Assembly (NCBI GenBank): GCA_963843375.1
Contig: CAWJKT010000027.1
Location: forward strand, 1 to 37,200
Length of the DNA stretch: 37,200 nt
Reading direction: 5' to 3'
Origin: an uncultured Pseudomonadota bacterium
GTDB lineage: Bacteria > Oederibacteriota > Muellerivitia > Muellerivitales > Muellerivitaceae
The position numbers and the translations under genes were made by a program. The notes under the pieces were generated by a model that was not told the origin of the DNA, searched no databases, and saw nothing but the letters and a program-made list of their open reading frames with translations. Shown piece by piece: positions 29,663 through 37,200 of the stretch (position 1 is its first letter; the number at the start of each line of letters is the position of its first letter).

Positions 29663-30817
29663 ATGCGCAATAGGGTTTATAAAATGATGGCGGTGGCCGG
29701 TGAAGCCTCGGGAGATATGCACGCGGCCAAAGTGATCGAAGCCCTCCTGCGAAAAAAAAAGCAAATTAAAATTTTTGGACTGGGTGGGCCGCTCATGGCT
29801 AAAGCAGGCATGGAAGTACGGCAGGATTTAACCCGTCAGGCTTTGATCGGTTTTTGGGAAGTCTTGAAACACTATCCCGTCATCCGCCGCAGGTTCGTCG
29901 ATTGCGAACATTGGCTGAACAACGAAAAGCCCGACCTGCTTTTCCTGGTGGATTATCCGGGCTTTAACCTGAGGCTTGCCGAACGGGCCCATCGGATGGG
30001 GATACCGGTTTGCTATTACGTGGCGCCGAAAGTGTGGGCATGGAATCAGGGACGCGTTAAAGCGATGAAAAGGATTGTTCAAAAACTTTTGATCATTTTT
30101 CCCTTCGAGGCCGAATTTTTCGAAAAACACGGAATCAAAGCCGTTTACGTGGGCAATCCTTTAATGGAAGAGATGAACGTGAAGCCCGTCCAACGGAAAG
30201 AAGTTTTGGGCCAATATGGAATCCAACTATCCCGGTTTCCGGTTATTTGCGCCATGCCGGGAAGCCGCAAGGGCGAGATCGAAAAGATATGGCCCCTTTT
30301 TCTGAAAGCTTCCCGGATCCTTCGTAAAATTTGTCCTGACGCCGCTTTCGTGGTCCCCAAATCCCATGGCTTGGAACAGGAGGATTTCGCGGGGTTAACC
30401 CATGACGACCCTTTTTTCTTCGTGGAGGGCCCGGCCTACGAATTGCGCAAGGCCTGTGATATCGCCTGGATTAAATCCGGTACCAGCACCCTGGAAACGG
30501 CCTTGCTGGGGACCCCCATGGTCGTCGTTTACAAAGTGGCGGCTATGACCGGTTTTTTGGCCAAGCGGTTCCTCAAAATCAAGAATATTTCCCTCGTGAA
30601 TCTTTTAGCGGGTAAAACAGTCGTCACTGAACTTTTGCAAGAAAAAGCCAGCCCTAAAAAACTAGTGGAGGAAACGAATAGGTTATTGGATCACGAAGAC
30701 TTCTGGGACCAGCAAATTAAGTCCTTTCGAAAAATCAGGAGGGATATCTCCAAACCTTCCAAGCCCTCGGTGAAAGTCGCACAGGAAATCCTGAAACTAT
30801 TGGCGGATCACTCTTGA
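29663..30817 (+). CDS. lpxB: Lipid A disaccharide synthase
   Basis: AGEASGD, VDYPGFN, YYVAPKVWAW, IFPFE, VGNPL, PGSR..E, SGTSTLE. Confidence 0.94.
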   Translation: MRNRVYKMMAVAGEASGDMHAAKVIEALLRKKKQIKIFGLGGPLMAKAGMEVRQDLTRQALIGFWEVLKHYPVIRRRFVDCEHWLNNEKPDLLFLVDYPGFNLRLAERAHRMGIPVCYYVAPKVWAWNQGRVKAMKRIVQKLLIIFPFEAEFFEKHGIKAVYVGNPLMEEMNVKPVQRKEVLGQYGIQLSRFPVICAMPGSRKGEIEKIWPLFLKASRILRKICPDAAFVVPKSHGLEQEDFAGLTHDDPFFFVEGPAYELRKACDIAWIKSGTSTLETALLGTPMVVVYKVAAMTGFLAKRFLKIKNISLVNLLAGKTVVTELLQEKASPKKLVEETNRLLDHEDFWDQQIKSFRKIRRDISKPSKPSVKVAQEILKLLADHS

Positions 30818-31485
30818 AAACGCATAAACTCTCCTTTGTGGATTGGATCATTGTTTTCACGGCTACGCCTCTGATCCATTTGTTGGGATTGACTCTGCGG
30901 ATTAAAGCCGGGGGCCGAACGGATTTGGGACCCAGGGCAAAACAGGATCAACCGCCCCTTTGGCCCCTATGGCATGAGACGATCCTGATGAGTGTTTGGT
31001 ACCATCGCGACCAGGATGTGCATGTGATGATTTCGTCCAGCCGGGATGGGGAACTGATCACTACCATCGGCAAGTTCTTCGGTTACACGGCTGTGCGGGG
31101 CTCCAGTTCCAAGGGCGGTCTGGAAGCCACCCGGGAGATGGTGGATTTTTTGAAGCAAGGCAAACGTTGCGCCATCACTCCCGACGGGCCCCGGGGGCCG
31201 CGTCGGAAGATGAAAATGGGAACGATTCAAATCGCCCGTTTAACAGGCTGTCCAGTGGTGCCCTTTGCTTTCGCGGCGGAGCATTGCTGGCGCCTGAAAA
31301 GTTGGGACGGGTTCATTATCCCCAAACCCTTTAGTCGGGCCCTGTTTGTTTATGGGGAGCCGATACTTATTCCGGAAAAAGACGGAAAAGATGAAGAGTA
31401 TATGAGTATGATTCAAAAGGAATTGGATCGGGTAACGGAAGAGGCAGAAAATTATTTTGTTCGTAAAACCAGTTCTAAGGAATAA
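30814..31485 (+). CDS. DUF374 lysophospholipid acyltransferase (LpxJ-like)
   Basis: LWHE, SSSRDGE, RGSSSKGG, AITPDGPRGP, SWD.F.IPKPF. Confidence 0.85.
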   Translation: MKTHKLSFVDWIIVFTATPLIHLLGLTLRIKAGGRTDLGPRAKQDQPPLWPLWHETILMSVWYHRDQDVHVMISSSRDGELITTIGKFFGYTAVRGSSSKGGLEATREMVDFLKQGKRCAITPDGPRGPRRKMKMGTIQIARLTGCPVVPFAFAAEHCWRLKSWDGFIIPKPFSRALFVYGEPILIPEKDGKDEEYMSMIQKELDRVTEEAENYFVRKTSSKE

Positions 31486-31488
31486 ACA

Positions 31489-32757
31489 TTGATTCTTTTT
31501 GTTTACCGGTTTTTGATGGCGCTTTTGTATCTTGTCGCCAGGCTGGTGAGTCTGTTTTATCGGAACAGCTCTTTCCGGGAAAGACTTGGTATTTATAAGC
31601 CGGAGGACATTCAAAAACTCTCATCCGGCTATAATGTTTGGCTCCATGCCGCCTCGGCGGGAGAAGTCAACGCCATAACTCCATTTTGCCAAGCCTTTCG
31701 CAAGGCCAAGCCGGAGGCCCATATTATTTTGACAACTACCTCTGAAATCGGAAAGAAAATCGCCCAGGAAAAGAAACTGGCGGATCAAGTGTTCCTGGCT
31801 CCCTTGGATGAAATGTGGCCCTTAAAACGGGCTTTTGAGGCTTTTCGGCCCGTCATGGTTCTCGTTGCGGAAACAGAGTTTTGGCCCAATTGGCTCCGGC
31901 GGGCGGGTCAAAACGGCTTGCCGGTACTTCTTATCAACGGACGGATCTCCGACAAGAGTTTTCCCAAATACCAGAAATTGAAAGGGTTCTTTGGTCCGGC
32001 TCTCAATAGTTTCAGCGCCTGCCTAGTCCAGACGTCCAACGATGCTGATAGGTTGGAAGCTTTGGGGGTTTCCCGGAAACGGATTCAAGTGGCGGGCCAA
32101 ATGAAATATGACCGCCAGTCTGCGGATGCCATGGCTGTTCAAAAGTTCAAAGAAAAGTTATGCCTGATGAATCGGGATATCCTTTTCACCCTGGGAAGTC
32201 TTCGAAGCGGAGAAGACAACCAACTTTTGCCAATGATTCCAGAAATCTTGAAGCTCTCCGCAGAGGTTAAGATATTGATCGCGCCCCGCCACTTGAAAAA
32301 CGCGCCAGCTTACCGGGAAAAGCTGAAAACGCTCGGGGTCAACCATGTTTTCCGAAGCGAACTGGAAAAGGAACAAACTCCCGAACGGGTTATTGTTTTG
32401 GATACAGTGGGGGAGTTATCTTTAGCTTACGCTTTCTCACGAGCCGCTTTCGTAGGAGGAACCCTGGTACCCATCGGGGGACATAACGTGATGGAGCCGG
32501 CCTTGTCGCACGTGCCGGTCTGTTTTGGCCCCCATACTCAAAACGTGGGGGAGGCGGCGCAGGCCTTGATCGAATCGGGTGGAGGTATTTTGGTCGGTGA
32601 CGGGCGGGATGTGGTCAAGGTTTTTGAGAGGTTCCTGGATTCGGATCTGGCCAAGGAAGCCGGTCATCGGGCTCATGACGCGGTGGTTTCCATGCGGGGG
32701 GCCACGGAAAGAACTGTTCGGGAAGTAATGACCCATTGGCCGATTGATATTACCTGA
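31489..32757 (+). CDS. waaA: Kdo transferase
   Basis: WLHAASAGE, ETEFWPN, NGRISDKS, IAPRH, DTVGEL, GGTLVPIGGHNVMEPA. Confidence 0.93.
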   Translation: MILFVYRFLMALLYLVARLVSLFYRNSSFRERLGIYKPEDIQKLSSGYNVWLHAASAGEVNAITPFCQAFRKAKPEAHIILTTTSEIGKKIAQEKKLADQVFLAPLDEMWPLKRAFEAFRPVMVLVAETEFWPNWLRRAGQNGLPVLLINGRISDKSFPKYQKLKGFFGPALNSFSACLVQTSNDADRLEALGVSRKRIQVAGQMKYDRQSADAMAVQKFKEKLCLMNRDILFTLGSLRSGEDNQLLPMIPEILKLSAEVKILIAPRHLKNAPAYREKLKTLGVNHVFRSELEKEQTPERVIVLDTVGELSLAYAFSRAAFVGGTLVPIGGHNVMEPALSHVPVCFGPHTQNVGEAAQALIESGGGILVGDGRDVVKVFERFLDSDLAKEAGHRAHDAVVSMRGATERTVREVMTHWPIDIT

Positions 32758-32956
32758 TTAAAATATTATTGAGAGCAATGATGGTCGGATAGCCGATCGA
32801 TTATGATGAAGCAAGCCCGGTTTTATAAATTCGAAAAGTTTGAATTGTCCCTAAACTTAAGTTGTAGTTGGCCCAAAAGGCCAACAGGCTTCAATCTTTC
32901 AACGAAATTTGCGGCACGCAATGACAGCCATTGATACTTAGTTAAGGATTTTTTAA

Positions 32957-34078
32957 TTGAACGATTTAGAAAGTTCCTATCTCAAGTTTCTCCACGACAA
33001 ACCTAACACCCTTTTAGACAAATGCCTGTTTTCTCTTTTGAAATTCATTTCTTTTTTCTATTTGACAGGCTGGTGGATCAAAAAAACGTCCTATCGTTCA
33101 GGAGTTCTTCGCCGCAGGCGCCTGACTTGTCCGGTGATAAGCATCGGAAATATCACCACAGGCGGAACCGGAAAAACCCCTGTTGTCATTTCCTTGGCCC
33201 GCTTTTTTTCCGAACAAGGCAAGAAGGTCGCGGTGTTAAGCCGAGGCTACCGCCGGAGCCGAAAAAACTCAAAGCTGGTCTGGGTTTCCAACGGTGAAAA
33301 GCTTCTTGTGAGGGCGGATGAAGGTGGTGACGAACCCGTCCTCATTGCGGAGAGCGTGCCGCAGGCTGCGGTTTTGGTATGTAAGGACCGTTATGAGGCT
33401 GGCCTGGAAGCCTTGCGGGAATTTAAACCGGATCTTTTCATCCTCGATGACGGTTATCAACGCCGCTTTGAACTTCACAGGGACCTCGATATCCTGATCC
33501 TGGACGGGATTAACCCGTTTAGTACGGGACATGTCCTGCCGGCGGGCCTTTTACGCGAGCCTTTAAGCGCACTGGCCGAAGCTGATGTTTTTGTCATCAA
33601 TAAGGTTAACCTAGCCCGTAGCCCGGAAGACATCCGGACGGTACTGCGCCACCATAATCCCCGGGCCTTCCTGGTGGATTCTTGTTATCGGCCCATGGTT
33701 CTGAAGGATTTTAAGACCGGGAAGGAGATCAAACCTTCCGCATTGGACCGGGCCTCGGTGGGAGCCTTTTCGGGCGTGGCTAATCCCCTTTCCTTTATCC
33801 GGACACTGGCCGAATTCAAGGTGCTGATCCGCCATGCCTATACCTTGCGGGACCACTACCCCTATACGAAAGAAAAATTAGAGGATATTTTAGAGGATGC
33901 GAAATTGCGGGGATTGGAATACCTCATCACCACCCAGAAGGACGAGGTTAAACTGCCCCGGGATATGGATTTGCCTATCCCCGTCCTCGTGCTGGAGATC
34001 AAGTGGGAAGTGACCGGGGGTAAGAACCATTGGGAAACGGTTTTAAAGAATATTTCCCTCGCTTGTTCGCCGTCTTAA
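32957..34078 (+). CDS. lpxK: Tetraacyldisaccharide 4'-kinase
   Basis: SIGNITTGGTGKTP, LSRGY, GDEP, LDDGYQ, LPAGLLREP, DHY, TTQKD. Confidence 0.94.
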   Translation: MNDLESSYLKFLHDKPNTLLDKCLFSLLKFISFFYLTGWWIKKTSYRSGVLRRRRLTCPVISIGNITTGGTGKTPVVISLARFFSEQGKKVAVLSRGYRRSRKNSKLVWVSNGEKLLVRADEGGDEPVLIAESVPQAAVLVCKDRYEAGLEALREFKPDLFILDDGYQRRFELHRDLDILILDGINPFSTGHVLPAGLLREPLSALAEADVFVINKVNLARSPEDIRTVLRHHNPRAFLVDSCYRPMVLKDFKTGKEIKPSALDRASVGAFSGVANPLSFIRTLAEFKVLIRHAYTLRDHYPYTKEKLEDILEDAKLRGLEYLITTQKDEVKLPRDMDLPIPVLVLEIKWEVTGGKNHWETVLKNISLACSPS

Positions 34079-34133
34079 ATTATAAGATTAAAATTGTTTT
34101 CTTTTGTTAGATATTCAAAAATGAAAAGGATGT

Positions 34134-35210
34134 ATGGCCCCCAAAGAAAATCAGACCTCCAGCGAACCGAAAGCGCCCCCCAAAATTTTGGTTCTGCGTT
34201 ATTCCTCTCTGGGGGATGTGGCTTTGACCAACCCCGTTTTGGATGGTTTGTTGGCGGCCTTTCCAAAAGCCCGGATTTTTTACGCCACAAAAAAAGAATA
34301 TCTCCCGGCGATCCAGAACCATCCGGCCCTGGAGCGGATATTGACACTGGAAGGTTCGGGCTTTTTTGAACTTTGGGGCCATATCCGGGCAATCCGGAGC
34401 CTCAATCCCGACATGATTCTGGATCTGCATGATTCCTTGAGAACCCGGATCATTTCCTCTTTCACCCGCAAGGCGAAGTTCCTGGTTTACGACAAGGAAG
34501 CGCTCCGCCTGCGTTTGCTGGTCAAGAAACTGACCCACCAACCCAGTGTGCACACTATCCAAAAATACCTCAAGGTCTTGGAACCTCTGGGGGTCAAACC
34601 CCACCTGAAGATCCAATTTAAGGTTTTCGATTCAAAAAAAGATCAGTCCTTTCTTCGTGAGTTTTTGGAAAGACGAAAAATCTCTCCCTCCCAATTGGTA
34701 ATCGGTCTGGGTCCAGGCGCCCGTTGGAAAACCAAACAGTGGATGCCGGAAAGATACGCCGAGCTTGCCTCCCGATTGGTGGAAGACTACCGTTGTACCC
34801 TTCTTTGGTTTGGGAGCCGGGAGGAAACCCGCCTGATTCAATCCATTCAGGGCAAGATGAGGGGTAGCTTTTTGGAAAGGGGAGTTTGCCTGGCGGGCGA
34901 ATATGGTTTGGAAAAATCCATCGCTCTTTTGGGTCGGTGCGATCTTTTTATCGGCAACGACTCCGGATTGACCCACCTGGCCTCGGGCCGGGGCAGCAGG
35001 GTGGTCGTGATTTACGGTTCCACCACGACTTCGCTTGGTTTCGAGCCCTGGGGGCCCCATTCGGTGGTGGAAGTTTCCAGTCTCACTTGCCGCCCCTGCG
35101 ACGTGCACGGAAAAAACTCCTGCCCCTTGGGGCATTTTAAATGCATGAGGGATTTGACGGTGGATTTGGTGGAAGGGGCGGTGAAAAGGTCGGTAAGGAG
35201 GAGCAGGTGA
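34134..35210 (+). CDS. GT9 heptosyltransferase-like glycosyltransferase
   Basis: RYSSLGDV, GPGARWKTKQW, GNDSGLTHLA, C.PC..HG...CP.GHFKCM. Confidence 0.88.
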   Translation: MAPKENQTSSEPKAPPKILVLRYSSLGDVALTNPVLDGLLAAFPKARIFYATKKEYLPAIQNHPALERILTLEGSGFFELWGHIRAIRSLNPDMILDLHDSLRTRIISSFTRKAKFLVYDKEALRLRLLVKKLTHQPSVHTIQKYLKVLEPLGVKPHLKIQFKVFDSKKDQSFLREFLERRKISPSQLVIGLGPGARWKTKQWMPERYAELASRLVEDYRCTLLWFGSREETRLIQSIQGKMRGSFLERGVCLAGEYGLEKSIALLGRCDLFIGNDSGLTHLASGRGSRVVVIYGSTTTSLGFEPWGPHSVVEVSSLTCRPCDVHGKNSCPLGHFKCMRDLTVDLVEGAVKRSVRRSR

Positions 35211-36283
35211 AATACCACAACATCCTTATCCGCGTTCCCAATTGGCTTGGAGACAGCATGATGTCCACACCGGCGGTATCGTCGGTTAGAAAAATGTTTC
35301 CGAAAGCCAAGATCACCATATTGGCTAAAAACATATTCCAGGATTTTTGGAAAAGCTTTCCGGGAGTTGACAATGTTCTGGTACTCGAAAAGGGCATGGG
35401 AGGCTTTTTTAGAAACATCTCCCAATTGAAGACGGGTGCTTTCGACGCGGCGGTGATCCTGCCGACGTCCTTTTCAGCGGCGTTTCTTCCCTTTGTTGCG
35501 GAGATCCCCGAAAGGATTGGCTGGGGTGGAGAAGGTCGGGACTTTTTATTAACACAGGTGGTACTTCATCCCCAACCTCGCCAAAAACACCTGGTCCTTG
35601 AATATTTGGAATTGGTGGGCCGGGGTTTGCGGATGTCTCTTGCCGGAATAAAACAAGTCAAACTGGAGTGCGAAATTACCTCTCAAGCTGAAAGAGGTTT
35701 GAGGACGGTTTGGGAAGATATGGGCGTTCCGGAAAAAGAGGATTATATAGCCCTGGCGCCCGGGGCCACCTTTGGAGCGGCCAAGCGTTGGCCCCTGCCT
35801 TATTGGCAGGAGCTGAGTTCCCGTCTTTTAAAAGAAAGAAAGGAGTCCCTTTTGATCCTGGGAGGCTTGGAAGAAGAGGCCTACTTGAAGCCATTGCTGA
35901 AAGGACGGTCTTCCACGGAAGCCCGGCGGTTATATCTTTTGGCGGGCCGTACAACTCCCTCTATTCTGGCAGCCATGCTTGCTCGATGTCACCTACTGGT
36001 CACTAACGATACGGGGCCTATGCATGTGGCGGCGGCGGTTGGTACTCCCACGGTGGCCCTATTTGGTTCCACTTCTCCAACCTGGACCAGGCCCTTTGGG
36101 ATAGGACATGAAGTCATCTACAAGCACCTAGAATGCAGTCCCTGTTTTCAGAGGACCTGTCCCATTGGATACAAGTGCCTCCACGCCATTTCAGTAGATG
36201 AGGTCTACCGGGTGGTCCTCCAGAAGCTTCAAAAGCGGGATAAAATTCGATCTGAAAAAGTTCCGGAGGGAATGTTCCAGTGA
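35207..36283 (+). CDS. waaF: LPS heptosyltransferase II
   Basis: RVPNWLGD, APGATFGAAKRWP, TNDTGPMHVAAA, CSPCFQRTCP. GTG 35207 follows AGGAGG. Confidence 0.85.
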   Translation: MKYHNILIRVPNWLGDSMMSTPAVSSVRKMFPKAKITILAKNIFQDFWKSFPGVDNVLVLEKGMGGFFRNISQLKTGAFDAAVILPTSFSAAFLPFVAEIPERIGWGGEGRDFLLTQVVLHPQPRQKHLVLEYLELVGRGLRMSLAGIKQVKLECEITSQAERGLRTVWEDMGVPEKEDYIALAPGATFGAAKRWPLPYWQELSSRLLKERKESLLILGGLEEEAYLKPLLKGRSSTEARRLYLLAGRTTPSILAAMLARCHLLVTNDTGPMHVAAAVGTPTVALFGSTSPTWTRPFGIGHEVIYKHLECSPCFQRTCPIGYKCLHAISVDEVYRVVLQKLQKRDKIRSEKVPEGMFQ

Positions 36284-37200
36284 AACGGATTCTGGCTGTT
36301 AAATTAAGCCCTTTGGCGGATACCATTCTGGCGGGTCCAGCTTTTGAAGCCTTGCGGGAAGCTTTTCCCAAGGCCCGGATTACGGTTCTGGTGCGACCCG
36401 CCGCTCACGAACTCTTTGAACAATCGGGTTGGGCAGATGAAGTGATGGGTTATGACTCCGAGGTGATGGAACGTCGCCCTTTTTGGACACGAGTTTGGAA
36501 AAACGATAAGTTCATGAACACTCTCCAAAAACGGTATTTCGATATAGCCATCGACTTTTCCGCCTCCGAGCGAAGCGCTCAATGGGTGACTTGGAGTAAA
36601 GCGACGATGAAAGCAGGCATGGGGCTTCCTGCGATTAAGTCCCATTACGATTTGACTGCTAAAGTGAAGGATTCGGGGAAAATAGACTCGGTCGAGGTGG
36701 ACAGGCGGGTATTGAGCCTTTTCAAGATAACCCCCAAATCTCACGATCGTTCGCATGGTTTTTGGAAAGTTCCCGATAAAGCGATCGAATATGCCGCTAC
36801 CTTTTGGAAAGCCAACCGTTTCGCTGAGGGGGATATGGTCTTGGCCATGAATCCTTTCGCGGGTTGCCCCACCAAAGAATGGTACCCCGCCAAGTGGGGG
36901 ACGGTTATTAAAGAGCTAACGGCCAACGGAATAAAATTGTTTTTTACCTGCTCTCCCTTGCAGAGAGAAAAGTTGGTATCCATTGAGAAAGAGGGGAACC
37001 TAAAGCTACCCGTTTATTCCAGCGCTAGTTTGTTACCAATATTGGGGCTCTACCAAAAATGCGCGGCAGTAGTTGGGGTAGATTCGGTTTACCGGCACTT
37101 GGCGGTGGCGGTGGGGACGCCCACTTTGACTATTTGGGGGCCCGAACCTTTGGGTAAAAGGCATCCCTATTCGCTGGATTCTCATCCTATGGTGGTGAAA
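36280..37200 (+). CDS. Third GT9 glycosyltransferase (runs off the window; absent from the ORF track)
   Basis: GTGA overlap. MKRILAVKLSPLADTIL, FPKARIT, NPFAGCPTKEW, GVDSVYRHLAVAVGTPTLTIWGP. Confidence 0.82.
   Translation, partial: MKRILAVKLSPLADTILAGPAFEALREAFPKARITVLVRPAAHELFEQSGWADEVMGYDSEVMERRPFWTRVWKNDKFMNTLQKRYFDIAIDFSASERSAQWVTWSKATMKAGMGLPAIKSHYDLTAKVKDSGKIDSVEVDRRVLSLFKITPKSHDRSHGFWKVPDKAIEYAATFWKANRFAEGDMVLAMNPFAGCPTKEWYPAKWGTVIKELTANGIKLFFTCSPLQREKLVSIEKEGNLKLPVYSSASLLPILGLYQKCAAVVGVDSVYRHLAVAVGTPTLTIWGPEPLGKRHPYSLDSHPMVVK

Overview
The window has two halves that look incompatible and are joined at about 13,530. Left half (1-~13,530): very high-GC, Actinobacteria-style DNA with many single-base frameshifts. 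It carries a minus-strand conjugation module: sigma-like regulator, VirB2-like pilin, VirB6-like protein, PrgI, VirB4 ATPase, VirD4-like coupling protein, Replic_Relax relaxase, lipoprotein and an SLT+NlpC/P60 wall hydrolase. Two cargo-like genes lie beyond it: a secreted bulb-type lectin and a PD-(D/E)XK nuclease-like protein. Right half (~13,536-37,200): mid-GC, almost frameshift-free core genome of an LPS-making diderm. It contains kdsA, an EAL phosphodiesterase, rnhA, rnpB, murA, hisDCBHAF, three unknown ORFs, hisI, trpEG, a G5/3D protein, a Thr/Pro-rich exported protein, lpxB, a DUF374 acyltransferase, waaA, lpxK and three GT9 heptosyltransferase-like genes. The join is most likely an assembly or read chimera. 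The most interesting signals are (i) an unannotated 19-aa, two-Trp leader ORF that overlaps the hisI stop and lies inside a ~114-nt hairpin burying the trpE ribosome-binding site, suggesting a translational trp attenuator inside a his-trp operon, and (ii) a tandem pair of small paralogous unknown proteins inserted in the his operon. GC levels are judged by eye. Gene calls come from recognised motifs, not database searches.
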